A stretch of 32,000 bases of DNA from Nostoc sp. PCC 7120 = FACHB-418 (GTDB lineage Bacteria; Cyanobacteriota; Cyanobacteriia; Cyanobacteriales; Nostocaceae). The number at the start of each line of letters is the position of its first letter. Within the stretch, counting starts at the first letter, position 1. A program made the position numbers and the translations under genes. Location: assembly GCF_000009705.1 (NCBI RefSeq), contig NC_003276.1, positions 376,102 to 408,101 on the forward strand. Reading direction: 5' to 3'. Of this stretch, positions 1 to 9,652 are shown one piece after another. A model generated the notes under the pieces. It made no database searches. It worked only from the letters and a program-made list of their open reading frames with translations, and was not told where the DNA came from.

Positions 1-1
1 A

Positions 2-703
2 CAAACTTTGTCATTCTTTGGCTTACGACCAGACATGACAGTAGTTGAATTATGGCCGGGAAGTGGTTGGTATACTGAGATATTAGCTCCATATCTGGCA
101 GCTAAAGGACAACTAATCGTGACCAACTTCGCCCCAAACGACAGTAAAATCCCAACAGTAGTTTTCCAGCAGAAGTTAGCTACAGCTTTTCAACAGAAGT
201 TAGAAGCTAACAAAGAAGTTTTTGGCAAGATAAGAGTTGCCCTAATTAATCCACCACAGGAACTGACTTTAGCTCCAGATAACTCTGTAGATATGGTTGT
301 TACTTTCCGCAATATTCATAACTGGGTAAATGCAGGCTATGCCGAGCAGGTTTATGCAGCAGCGTACAAAGCGCTCAAGCCAGGAGGTATTCTGGGAGTG
401 GAAGAACATCGTGCCAAACCAGGTATTTCGCTCCAAGAGAGTATAAAAACGGGCTATATGTCAGAAGATGGCGTAATTGCGGCGGTGGAGAAAGTAGGCT
501 TCAAATTAGTAGGCAAGTCAGAAATTAATGCCAACCCTCAAGATACCAAAGACTACCCTGGTGGTGTTTGGGCATTACCGCCAACCTTGAGGCAAGGACA
601 AAAGGATCGGCAACGTCTTGTTGCTATTGGGGAGAGCGATCGCATGACGTTAAAGTTTATTAAGCCCGAAGCAAACATAAATAGTGGTAGCAATGCAAAG
701 TAG
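2..703 (+). CDS. class I SAM-dependent methyltransferase (COG4798-like predicted methyltransferase); 5' end lies outside the window
   Basis: The frame is open from the window edge. VVELWPGSGWYTEILAPYL is a Gly-rich SAM-binding motif I, and LKPGGILGVEEH follows it. The called start at 8 is TTG with no upstream stop. Confidence 0.7.
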   Translation, partial: QTLSFFGLRPDMTVVELWPGSGWYTEILAPYLAAKGQLIVTNFAPNDSKIPTVVFQQKLATAFQQKLEANKEVFGKIRVALINPPQELTLAPDNSVDMVVTFRNIHNWVNAGYAEQVYAAAYKALKPGGILGVEEHRAKPGISLQESIKTGYMSEDGVIAAVEKVGFKLVGKSEINANPQDTKDYPGGVWALPPTLRQGQKDRQRLVAIGESDRMTLKFIKPEANINSGSNAK

Positions 704-824
704 AACCCAGTTGATGGGAATTAATCAAAAAAATAACGAAATGTTGATATCCATTGCTGCACTTACTGTTCTGCTTGAAAATGAGTAACCAAGACAACTA
801 AAGATAAGATTCAAATCCAAAAAA

Positions 825-1613
825 ATGAATATACAAGAACAGCATTGGGAAAGATTATTTGGTCATCTAACTACTGAGGATAGTGCTTGGTACGGAATTT
901 GGACTGTATATTCGCCAGACCAAGAAATAATCAAGTCTTCTCAAGGTATTCGGAATTTACGTGCAAACATTGATAAAACTGTAATTACGCATATTAATCA
1001 GTTCCCAATGGCAGATGGAGCAGTACAAGAAAAACAGTGGAAAATTGAAAAAGAAACTTGTAATTTAACTGATGGATTATTACATCCAGCCGATGCTTCT
1101 AAAAGAGCGCTTTCGTTAAGCAGTGGTGGCGCTAGTGCTTGGGTTCCGAAAAAGCTTGAATCAGGAAGCGGTTTTTCAGTTGAGTTATTTTTAAAGCATG
1201 AAGATGGAAATACTAGTATAGGTAGTATATATAGTGAAAATGGTAATTTAGAGAAGATTTTATACCTGCGTGAACATTTAGGTAGTTATCCGCAAATGAC
1301 ACAAGGTCAACAGGTAAATAATCTATCAGGAAATTGGAGCGGGAAAAAACAATCAATAACACCTGATTTGCAAATATCAGCACAAGAAGAAGTTCAAGAT
1401 TTAATGTTAGACCCTACTCAGGGCAAGAACAAAAGTTTTTATTTGCCTGAAAGTGTAATTGTAAGTATCCCTAAACAGTTGAAGCTAGGAGAGGCATTTG
1501 ATATAGTTGCAGGAAAGTTGATAACAGAAAATAAGTATAAAAGACTGACAGCTAAATATAGTAATCTTGGTGATTTTGTCTTATTGATCTTGGAAGTGTT
1601 TAATAGGGAGTAA
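825..1613 (+). CDS. hypothetical protein, possibly DUF3598-like
   Basis: 262-aa ORF with an ATG start. The N-terminal pattern W-x-x-L-F-G...W-Y-G-I-W-T-V-Y-S-P recalls cyanobacterial DUF3598 proteins. This is from memory only. Confidence 0.45.
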   Translation: MNIQEQHWERLFGHLTTEDSAWYGIWTVYSPDQEIIKSSQGIRNLRANIDKTVITHINQFPMADGAVQEKQWKIEKETCNLTDGLLHPADASKRALSLSSGGASAWVPKKLESGSGFSVELFLKHEDGNTSIGSIYSENGNLEKILYLREHLGSYPQMTQGQQVNNLSGNWSGKKQSITPDLQISAQEEVQDLMLDPTQGKNKSFYLPESVIVSIPKQLKLGEAFDIVAGKLITENKYKRLTAKYSNLGDFVLLILEVFNRE

Positions 1614-1795
1614 TAAAAAACTGTTAAAAATCTCCAGATTAATAATAAAACAATTTTTTTAAATAACGCTTATTTTACTCAACTGTAAGCAATAGAGTAA
1701 ATAAGCTTAGATATCGCTCATTTGAATTTATCCGCCCGTTTAGAGGCAGTCTTACGGCATAATTCTTAAAGGAAACCCAAGCGTAAGTCGTAGCT

Positions 1796-2104
1796 TTAAC
1801 TTTCAAAACGTTCATTCCCAATGTGAGCCTGCCACTCCACAACTCTAGCAGAGTCAGCTAACATTCCATCCCGTACACGGGGACTACTGTTGACAATGGC
1901 TTGAGCCGCTTCTAAATTCTCAGCCTGAATTATCCACAGCCCAGTTCCATCGTGGGGAAAAAACGGGCCACAGCACAGAAGTGTTCCTTTCTCTTGCTGC
2001 TCACGAAACCAAGTCAATTGGTCAGGATCATGTTCTGGGTGAGCTTTTTTATACTCATAATATTCGGGAACAGTTGCTACGACAACGGCGAAGAGTTTAG
2101 ACAT
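1796..2104 (-). CDS. YciI family protein
   Basis: 102 aa of typical YciI size. The pattern HxxxW...G.llxxGPf...G...I..a.s.eEA..iv..DP is recognisable (HPEHD...LLCCGPFFPHDGTGLWIIQAENLEAAQAIV). Confidence 0.65.
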   Translation of the reverse strand: MSKLFAVVVATVPEYYEYKKAHPEHDPDQLTWFREQQEKGTLLCCGPFFPHDGTGLWIIQAENLEAAQAIVNSSPRVRDGMLADSARVVEWQAHIGNERFES

Positions 2105-2308
2105 ATGTTATTAGATGATTTATATACTTTGTTAATAGTATTTTTAAGCTGCATCCCATTGCAACTTATTTAATGAGAATCTTCTTAATAGTTGTGTTTC
2201 TCATCATTATGAAAATTATGAACTTAAATCTAAATTAGTCCAACCGACTATCGATAACTACCAATATCAGTTAAAGATTAAAGATTGCTAGAATTATTAA
2301 AGGTATTG

Positions 2309-3691
2309 CTAATCTCCATACAATCTAACAATGGGTAAACCTTTTCTGGGAATACTGTTGAGGAATCGCCCTCGGAATGAATCTAATTGATATGAACCAA
2401 TCAAACTTAATATTCCAAATACAACTGGTACGAGAGTTATATTTATATCTGAACCAATTATTATTAATAATAATGATAAAAGTATTAATCCTAGCGTTAA
2501 GTATCGACAAAAATCTTTGACTTTATCTATTAAAACAAGAGACTGGCGGCAACTAGGACAATGCTTTGTATGCCTATGCCAGATATCATATAATTGCTCA
2601 TCACTTAATCCTTGAAAAGGTACTTCCGTAACTCCCTGCCACTCAGGTTTACCACCAGCAAACTCATCTAACCATTTCCGAAAAGTAACAATGCCAGTAT
2701 CAGCAACTGAAGGTAAAAAATATAACTTTTGCCAAGGTTTATTTTCGAGTGATTCGTTAATAGTTTGGGAGTGCATCATCGACAAATCTTGGTTACTTAA
2801 TTTATAACTAGATGAATGATTTAAACCAGTCTGTAAATATGTAGGTAGAGACTGGAACCAAAAATTTCGTTTCTGTGAAGGTATATCCGCAATGAATTTG
2901 CCAATCTGTTTACAATAACCTGGTTTCGTAGGAACAAAATATAATTGAAATATTGCAGATTTGCCGTTGGAATATTTATAAATTGTTGTATTAGAGCATG
3001 GTGGAGTAAACCTCCGAGTTGCATCCATGTCTTTGTTAAAAACATTGTAGCCAGAGTGCTTTAAAATAAAACCATCTTCCGCCGACATTTTTCCCATGAC
3101 TTCAAAATTTTCTATAGGGATAGCTCTTTGAGGAGAAAATCCAGCGATCCCTTCATGTAGAAATTGTGCGTGAGAAGGATCAAAACTACTTTCAACACAA
3201 ACAGTATAACCTACGGGAACTTCTGACATGAACCAATCGCTCATCGAGCTACCAATTGTATCTGGCATCAATGCAGGGGGCTTCAAAGCGCTATCTGCAA
3301 AAGCTGTAGAACTATTGTCTGGCCATACCCATAGTAATCCTTGTAGAACTTGAGTTGGATATGTTGTAACTTGCGATCGCTGACTGCTACAAGCATTCAT
3401 TAAAGCTTGCGGATCATTGAGCATAGGAATATTTGTACATTTTCCTGCCCCATCAAAACACCAACCATGATGGCGACACATGAGATTTCCATCTTGATTA
3501 ATATTTCCTAAAGACAATTGTGCCAATTTATGAGGGCAAACATCATCCATGACTACCCATGTGTGATCTTTATCTTGCCAAACTACCAACTTCTTCCCAA
3601 GCAAAGTGATAGGTGTAGGGTAAGATGGTTCTAAATAACTGGTGGGAGTTATTGGATACCACTGTTTAATCCAAGAGAAATTAGTTGTCAT
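2309..3691 (-). CDS. Rieske [2Fe-2S] oxygenase, pheophorbide a oxygenase/Tic55-like, with C-terminal membrane anchor
   Basis: Rieske motif CPHKLAQLS...CRHHGWCFD, a mononuclear-iron region DPSHAQFLHEG, a late CxxC (HCPSC) and a hydrophobic C-terminal tail, as in the PaO family. Confidence 0.85.
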   Translation of the reverse strand: MTTNFSWIKQWYPITPTSYLEPSYPTPITLLGKKLVVWQDKDHTWVVMDDVCPHKLAQLSLGNINQDGNLMCRHHGWCFDGAGKCTNIPMLNDPQALMNACSSQRSQVTTYPTQVLQGLLWVWPDNSSTAFADSALKPPALMPDTIGSSMSDWFMSEVPVGYTVCVESSFDPSHAQFLHEGIAGFSPQRAIPIENFEVMGKMSAEDGFILKHSGYNVFNKDMDATRRFTPPCSNTTIYKYSNGKSAIFQLYFVPTKPGYCKQIGKFIADIPSQKRNFWFQSLPTYLQTGLNHSSSYKLSNQDLSMMHSQTINESLENKPWQKLYFLPSVADTGIVTFRKWLDEFAGGKPEWQGVTEVPFQGLSDEQLYDIWHRHTKHCPSCRQSLVLIDKVKDFCRYLTLGLILLSLLLIIIGSDINITLVPVVFGILSLIGSYQLDSFRGRFLNSIPRKGLPIVRLYGD

Positions 3692-4037
3692 TAACTTAAA
3701 CTAAGATATTTAAAATTTTCAGTAGTGTTAAAAACACCTTTAGAGAGTGCTAAGTTTCCTTATAATAGGACGAAATGATAAATATTGCAGACATTAATAT
3801 ACTTTTAGACATCAAAGATTCTTTATTAAAAACTAGAATAGTTACTATAAATCAGTAAAATGCTGTTTATCTGTATTAATTTAGACTAAAAACTTTATAA
3901 TACTTTAAGAATATTTGACTGGCTTACAAAATGGTGTGTTTTTTCCTTACTGTTATGTATAGTATTTAACCGAATTAAGAGCTATTTTCCTTGCCATAGC
4001 AATCATCAGCTAAAGTAAAAAGATAGTAAAAATTTCT

Positions 4038-4504
4038 GGTTCTTCCGGTAGTTTTATGGTGTTTATTAGAATTGACTTGATTTTAATAACTTATAATTTA
4101 GTGATATCAATGCCTATAAGATAGATTACATAGGCATTTAGTAAATATCAAGCATAGTTAAAGAACTCTAAAATTATCATCTATATTATAATATAGTAAA
4201 GTTTTAGGCGATCGCTATGAAGTTTCCAGTAGAACAAATCCTGAATCTTCCCGATATGAAAGTATTAGATTTTCAAGAACTTGAAGGTGAAGAAATAATT
4301 ATAACGATAGAAAAAAGTGTGAACTATTCGACTTGTCCTTGGTGTGGTCAAATGACTCACAGTATACATCAAAATCACTGGCGAATAATTCATGATTTAC
4401 CGTGGAATAAAAAACCAGTGTTATTAAAAATAAATCGTCGGCAATTTAAATGTCATAAGTGTAAAAAAGTATTTAGCGAACAACTAGACTGTGTAGATAA
4501 AAGT
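4038..4504 (+). mobile_element. partial ISL3-family IS copy (left inverted repeat, leader and first 96 transposase codons), in tandem with the full copy
   Basis: 4038-4504 matches 4505-4971 with a single difference I could see (T4345 vs C4812). Confidence 0.9.
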
Positions 4505-4591
4505 GGTTCTTCCGGTAGTTTTATGGTGTTTATTAGAATTGACTTGATTTTAATAACTTATAATTTAGTGATATCAATGCCTATAAGATAG
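4217..4591 (+). pseudogene. truncated ISL3 transposase N-terminal fragment, reading out into the next IS copy
   Basis: The first 96 aa are identical to the 406-aa transposase at 4684. After 4504 the ORF translates the left IR of the second copy. Confidence 0.9.
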
Positions 4592-5920
4592 ATTACATAG
4601 GCATTTAGTAAATATCAAGCATAGTTAAAGAACTCTAAAATTATCATCTATATTATAATATAGTAAAGTTTTAGGCGATCGCTATGAAGTTTCCAGTAGA
4701 ACAAATCCTGAATCTTCCCGATATGAAAGTATTAGATTTTCAAGAACTTGAAGGTGAAGAAATAATTATAACGATAGAAAAAAGTGTGAACTATTCGACT
4801 TGTCCTTGGTGCGGTCAAATGACTCACAGTATACATCAAAATCACTGGCGAATAATTCATGATTTACCGTGGAATAAAAAACCAGTGTTATTAAAAATAA
4901 ATCGTCGGCAATTTAAATGTCATAAGTGTAAAAAAGTATTTAGCGAACAACTAGACTGTGTAGATAAAAGTAAAGGATATACTAAAAGATTAGCGACCGA
5001 CATAGTTCAACAAGTATTAAATAGTAATATCCGGAGTGTTGCCCAAAGAAATGGATTAAGTGATGAAGAAGTAGAATCAATGTTAAAAAAGCAAGTCTCG
5101 CACATATTAAACATTAACCTAAGTCAGGTAAAAAAGTTAGGTATAGATGAAATAGCTTTAGTTAAAGGAAAAGGAAACTACTTAGCAATATTAGTGGATT
5201 TAGATAGTCATAAACCAATTGAGATAGTGCAATCAAGACGAATAGAAGATATTCGTGAAGTACTTGTCAGTTGGGGAGTTGAGATACTTAATCAAATTGA
5301 AGAAGTGAGCATTGACCTCTGGTTGCCTTATAAAAATTTAGTAGAAGAGTTAATGCCAAATGCTAATATAACTGCTGATAGATTTCATGTAATGAAACAA
5401 GTAAATGACGAATTAGATACTATGCGTAAAGCTGAAAAGAAAGCAGCTATATCGCTAGATAATAAATCAGAAAAAGAGCGAATATTAGAGGCATTGAATA
5501 AGAGTAAATATGCGATTATTAAAAATGAAGACTCTCTAAATGAAAAGCAAAGAGAAAAATTAAAATCTGTGCAAGAGGTGTCGCCAAATCTCGCCAAAAT
5601 GCACTCACTTAAAGAACAATTTCGAGATATATTTGAAACAACTAAATCCTGGGGAGATAGTATAATAAAACTATTGGATTGGATGTATGATGCACTTTCA
5701 TATTTCCCGAAAAGTATAGGTACAATAGTTAGATGGTTTGGTGAAATAGTCGGTTATTTTGACGGAAGAACCACAAGTGGTGCTGTAGAAGGAATTAATA
5801 ATAAACTCAAGTTAATTAAAAGACTTGGATATGGCTTTCGTAACTTTACCAATTTCAGATTACGCAGTTTGTTAAACTGGCATTTTACTATTAATTCTCC
5901 ATAAAATTAACTGAAGAACC
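4505..5920 (+). mobile_element. complete ISL3-family insertion sequence (1416 bp)
   Basis: Terminal inverted repeats GGTTCTTCCGGTAGTTTTATGG (4505-) and GGTTCTTCAGTTAATTTTATGG (reverse complement ending at 5920). One 406-aa transposase ORF lies inside. Confidence 0.85.
4684..5904 (+). CDS. ISL3 family transposase
   Basis: N-terminal zinc-finger CPWCG...H...FKCHKC, a DDE_Tnp_ISL3-like body (LGIDEIA...KGxxY, DRFHV) and the C-terminal motif SGAVEGINNKLKLIKRLGYGFRNF typical of ISL3. Confidence 0.9.
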   Translation: MKFPVEQILNLPDMKVLDFQELEGEEIIITIEKSVNYSTCPWCGQMTHSIHQNHWRIIHDLPWNKKPVLLKINRRQFKCHKCKKVFSEQLDCVDKSKGYTKRLATDIVQQVLNSNIRSVAQRNGLSDEEVESMLKKQVSHILNINLSQVKKLGIDEIALVKGKGNYLAILVDLDSHKPIEIVQSRRIEDIREVLVSWGVEILNQIEEVSIDLWLPYKNLVEELMPNANITADRFHVMKQVNDELDTMRKAEKKAAISLDNKSEKERILEALNKSKYAIIKNEDSLNEKQREKLKSVQEVSPNLAKMHSLKEQFRDIFETTKSWGDSIIKLLDWMYDALSYFPKSIGTIVRWFGEIVGYFDGRTTSGAVEGINNKLKLIKRLGYGFRNFTNFRLRSLLNWHFTINSP

Positions 5921-5926
5921 AACTTT

Positions 5927-6071
5927 GGCTCTTCAGTTCCTTTTATGGAGTCGAATAAGAAATAAAATCTAATCAGAGCCTATATTCCTTAGTAGGACTG
6001 GAGTTGAAGTTCTTAAGCCTTGCTATAAAACGGCTATTTCAATGCCACACCATAAAACCAACGCAAGAGCC
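5927..6071. mobile_element. MITE-like 145-bp element carrying ISL3-type terminal inverted repeats
   Basis: 5927 GGCTCTTCAGTTCCTTTTATGG and the reverse complement of 6048-6071, GGCTCTTGCGTTGGTTTTATGGTG, both resemble the IS ends (about 20/24 matches). There is no ORF inside. Confidence 0.6.
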
Positions 6072-6107
6072 AAAACTTTTATTAATTTTAGTCCTCAAAA
6101 GTCGAGC

Positions 6108-6617
6108 TTAATTTGCATAAAACATCTGCACAAGTTTAATCAAGTCACTTTTTGCAGGTTCACCTTTATTCAACCATTCTATTAATTCAGAAGGATATAA
6201 CCAAAAACTTTCAATAAAATCATTCTGATTGTAATCTGGTTCATAATCTAATCTAATTTCATAAACTTTCATAAAAGCAGAAACTTGATATTTATATGGT
6301 GTTAAATAACCCAATAACTGCGTATTAACCATGTTTAAATCTAGGTTTAATTCTTCTTCGAGTTCACGTTGCAGAGCATCTTCGTAAGTTTCTCCACTTT
6401 CCACATGACCACCCATGCTGACATCAAGACAAAGGGGAAAAATTCGTTTTTGGGCAGAACGGCGAGGTATCCAAAGTTTTCCAAGTGAATTAACTACAAA
6501 AGAATTGACAACTCTAAAATTGCACAACCCTTGACTATATATTTCTGAGCGTTTCTTTTGTCCGATAACGCAATCACTTTCATCTACAATGTCAAGTATC
6601 TCTAAATCTTGCATCAT
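6108..6617 (-). CDS. NUDIX hydrolase
   Basis: Nudix box GGHVESGETYEDALQRELEEELNL. The start was moved to the internal Met (MMQDLEIL) because the upstream 37 codons of the called ORF run into a dispersed repeat. Confidence 0.8.
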   Translation of the reverse strand: MMQDLEILDIVDESDCVIGQKKRSEIYSQGLCNFRVVNSFVVNSLGKLWIPRRSAQKRIFPLCLDVSMGGHVESGETYEDALQRELEEELNLDLNMVNTQLLGYLTPYKYQVSAFMKVYEIRLDYEPDYNQNDFIESFWLYPSELIEWLNKGEPAKSDLIKLVQMFYAN

Positions 6618-7053
6618 ACAGATAAAATTAACACTTATTAAATAATATACAGGTCGTAGAGGGCTAGGGGTGTTCCTTCTTTGTTCGCTCTTTTCCTCTG
6701 GTGCGGACGCTACGCGTTTGCGTAGCATCCCGAAGGGAACGCTTGATTTAGGCGATCGCTAAACGGCTGTTATCGCTGCTCTCTACCACTTTACCAATGA
6801 ATAATGACGTTGTAATTTTTCTTATCAGTGCTGGACTGCTGATTATGTATCTAGTGTTCTCGGCATTAACCGAGATGGGTACAAAGTTACCGTGGAAAAA
6901 GTAAAGGGTGATAAGGTGGGATCGCTTGTGCATTTTCCTCTAAGAAAAAGTTGAAATTACACCTCCATCTTCAAAGGTTCTGGTAATTTGGCAATCACAA
7001 GATGGGATAATCTATTTCCTGGTGTTCCCTTAATGGGCAAAACATAGTGTTGG

Positions 7054-7860
7054 GTGATAATGCAAAAACTCCTTTTTCATGACAGAACTAGCTTTAGAGC
7101 GCAAGCCCTATTCCTTGGTAAGAAGATTAACCTACAAAGATTGGAGAATTACGTTTGCTTGGCGACTATGCCATTAATGGTTACAGTAGGTGAATATGGC
7201 TGTGCAGTGCTGCTAGGCTATGGTGCAGTTGTTCTGTTTAACCTTGAGCCTGCGGAAAAGGTAGGCTTTTTAACCCAACTATCCTCTCAAGTTAGTGATT
7301 CTTTCACTGAGCCGGAAACAGAAGAGGTAGAAGTTCATCTCAATGTTGCCGAAAGTGAGCGAGTTAAGGAAGGAAAAATTTTCTTACATGAATTTAGTGT
7401 AGAACGTTTGCAGATAGTGGCTGATATTCTGGCTAAAAGTGTTGTTCTTTCTCATTATGAAACGAGCCTAGCAACGGTATTTGATCAAATTGAACCGTTT
7501 GCAGCTAGTCTCCAGAGTGACAACAGAAGTAAACGCAAGAGTCGGGAATTATTGCGTCAACTAGGGACTACGTTGTTAGTTCAACATAAGATAGTGGGTC
7601 GAGTCGAGATTATCGATAAGCCGGAGTTGCTGTGGGAGTCCCCACAGTTAGAAAACTTATATTTGCGTTTGGAGGATGAATACGAAATCCGTGAGCGTCA
7701 CAATGCTTTGGAACGAAAACTAGAGCTAATTTCCCAAACCGCACAAACCGTGTTGGAGTTCATGCAGCATAGCAGTAGCCAACGAGTAGAGTGGTATGTG
7801 GTAATTCTGATTGTGGTGGAGATTCTGCTGTCGCTGTACGACATCATTTTTAAAAGCTAA
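7054..7860 (+). CDS. RMD1/DUF155 family protein with C-terminal TM helix
   Basis: Length and pattern fit DUF155 (ILAKSVVLSHYETSL..., LEDEYEIRERHNALERKLELI). The terminal hydrophobic helix is VEWYVVILIVVEILLSLY. Confidence 0.6.
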   Translation: MIMQKLLFHDRTSFRAQALFLGKKINLQRLENYVCLATMPLMVTVGEYGCAVLLGYGAVVLFNLEPAEKVGFLTQLSSQVSDSFTEPETEEVEVHLNVAESERVKEGKIFLHEFSVERLQIVADILAKSVVLSHYETSLATVFDQIEPFAASLQSDNRSKRKSRELLRQLGTTLLVQHKIVGRVEIIDKPELLWESPQLENLYLRLEDEYEIRERHNALERKLELISQTAQTVLEFMQHSSSQRVEWYVVILIVVEILLSLYDIIFKS

Positions 7861-8749
7861 CGCTTAGTGCTGCCTCCAAACGGCGGGTAAATTGGGAGGA
7901 GCGTTGGTGTAGCCCACCGCAGGTATCGCAAGTCATAATCAACTGGTCAATTGCCCGTGTCATGGCCACATACAGTAATCGCGCTTCTTCTTCTGGTGTG
8001 TGGTATTCATCAGGCATATAACCAATGCCAGGGATGCAAACCACAGGAAACTCTAACCCTTTAGATGAGTGCATGGTTATAAGTTTAATGCTTGGCTCGT
8101 CTGGGTGATAGTTGCGGCTTTCGCTATTGGCATTAACCCACTCGATGGGGATTTTGGCTTGTTGGAAGCGGTTATAGATGTCTTCGCCCATGAATCTCAG
8201 GCGATAAATAATGGCTATTTCATTCCAATCTGTACCACGCTCATGCAATTGTTGCACCCGTCCGGCTAAATAATCTACCTCATGTTTAAAACTGGGGAGT
8301 TTGATTAAATCTGGTTTTGCTCCTTGTCTTCCAGCACTAGCGGGTTCTATCAATACCACTTGGTCATCATCCCCGGTGGTGAGTTGCATTACTTCTTTGG
8401 CAAACTCATAGGCTACCTTTAACACCTGTTCTGTGTTGCGATAGTTGAGTTTAAAAATGGTAGTGCGTCCCTGTGCCTGGATGCCTACGCTCTTAAAGCT
8501 AAATTTCTTGTCGCGCTTTTCTCCGTAAAGGTTTTGGGCATCGTCATACAGAATAAGCAATGAGTTGGTTTCGGGGTTGACCATCTGTGCAATCAACTTT
8601 AACCACTCTGGTTTAAAGTCGTGTCCTTCATCTAGCATGACAGCGCCATAAGTACCAGCAGGTATTAATTTCGCATCAACGGTGGTAGCCCATGCGTCAG
8701 CAAGAAATGCGCTCTTCGAGGTAGAAAGTAGCCATAAAATACAAGCGAG
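7850..8749 (-). pseudogene. UvrD/Rep-like superfamily-1 helicase, 3' portion only (from motif II onward); the N-terminal ATPase part is missing
   Basis: The ORF starts at the Walker B region (GAVMLDEGHDF) and ends with helicase motifs V/VI (TMHSSKGLEFPVV, LLYVAMTRA). The frame is open upstream only to a TGA at 8750-8752. No Walker A is present anywhere upstream. Confidence 0.8.
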
Positions 8750-8854
8750 TCAAACGCTACATTACACCCAGTACAAACCACCAGATAGATGAAGATTAGA
8801 GGAACTGATGATACTTTGAGATGAGCAAAAGCAGATAACAAAAAGTAGCTCCCA

Positions 8855-9493
8855 ATGATCATTGTCCATCATCTCAACAACTCGCGCTCGCAGCGTGTGC
8901 TATGGCTACTTGAAGAGTTAGGCATCGAATACGATATCAAGTTTTACGAACGCGACTCCAAGACGATGCTAGCACCAGCATCACTGCGCCAAGTCCATCC
9001 GCTCGGCAAGTCACCAGTGATTACAGATGCAGAAGTGACTGTTGCTGAGTCCGGCGCTATTATCGAATACATAGTAGAGCGCTACGGCAATGGTCAGTTA
9101 ATCCCAAAATCCGGTACGCCAGAGCGTCTGCGCTACACCTATTGGCTTCATTACGCCGAAGGTTCGGCAATGCCACCTCTGGTAATGAACCTTATATTTA
9201 ACCGCTTTGGGGCAGGGGATAGCGGGGCAAACGACGCATTTATCGCGCCCCAAATCGAGCTTCACTTTGATTACATAGAAGCTGAACTTGGTAAGAGTAC
9301 GTGGTTTGTAGGCTCAGAATTTACCGCCGCCGATATCCAAATGAGCTTTCCTTTGGAATTGGTTGTCCTGCAAGCCGAACTTATCTCAAGCCGACCAAAG
9401 ATTCAGGAATTTATCGAACGCATCCATGCGCGACCTGCCTACAAACGCGCCCTTGAACGTGGAGGCAAATACGACTACGCCAACAGCATTTAA
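8855..9493 (+). CDS. glutathione S-transferase
   Basis: The N-terminal thioredoxin-like GST fold pattern HHLNNSRSQRVLWLLEELGIEY...HPLGKSPVI...ESGAIIEYI is followed by an alpha-helical C-domain. By eye it is more G+C-rich and CGC/GCG-rich than its neighbours. Confidence 0.85.
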   Translation: MIIVHHLNNSRSQRVLWLLEELGIEYDIKFYERDSKTMLAPASLRQVHPLGKSPVITDAEVTVAESGAIIEYIVERYGNGQLIPKSGTPERLRYTYWLHYAEGSAMPPLVMNLIFNRFGAGDSGANDAFIAPQIELHFDYIEAELGKSTWFVGSEFTAADIQMSFPLELVVLQAELISSRPKIQEFIERIHARPAYKRALERGGKYDYANSI

Positions 9494-9652
9494 TAATGCT
9501 CATACAAGAGCGATATCTACGATAAGCTCCGCTAACGCCCCCATAAAATACAAGCGAACGCGAGTAGTGTCTCACAGAGAGGAAAAACCAAACCGTAAGC
9601 GATCGCGTTGTTCCCTGGTGAAATTTAGTTTCTAGGCGATGTCTACGACGGG

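Noticed and set aside
2325-3045. Small ORFs 2325-2510 and 2821-3045 within the Rieske oxygenase gene, and ORF 1952-2173 antisense to the YciI gene
   Set aside because: They are off-frame or antisense to well-supported genes. They are AT-rich frames giving Ile/Asn/Phe-rich peptides.
6618-6933. N-terminal 37 codons of the called Nudix ORF, and the 61-aa ORF 6748-6933
   Set aside because: The extension translates a dispersed repeat. Nudix homology and a plausible Met begin at 6617. The 61-aa ORF has no support.
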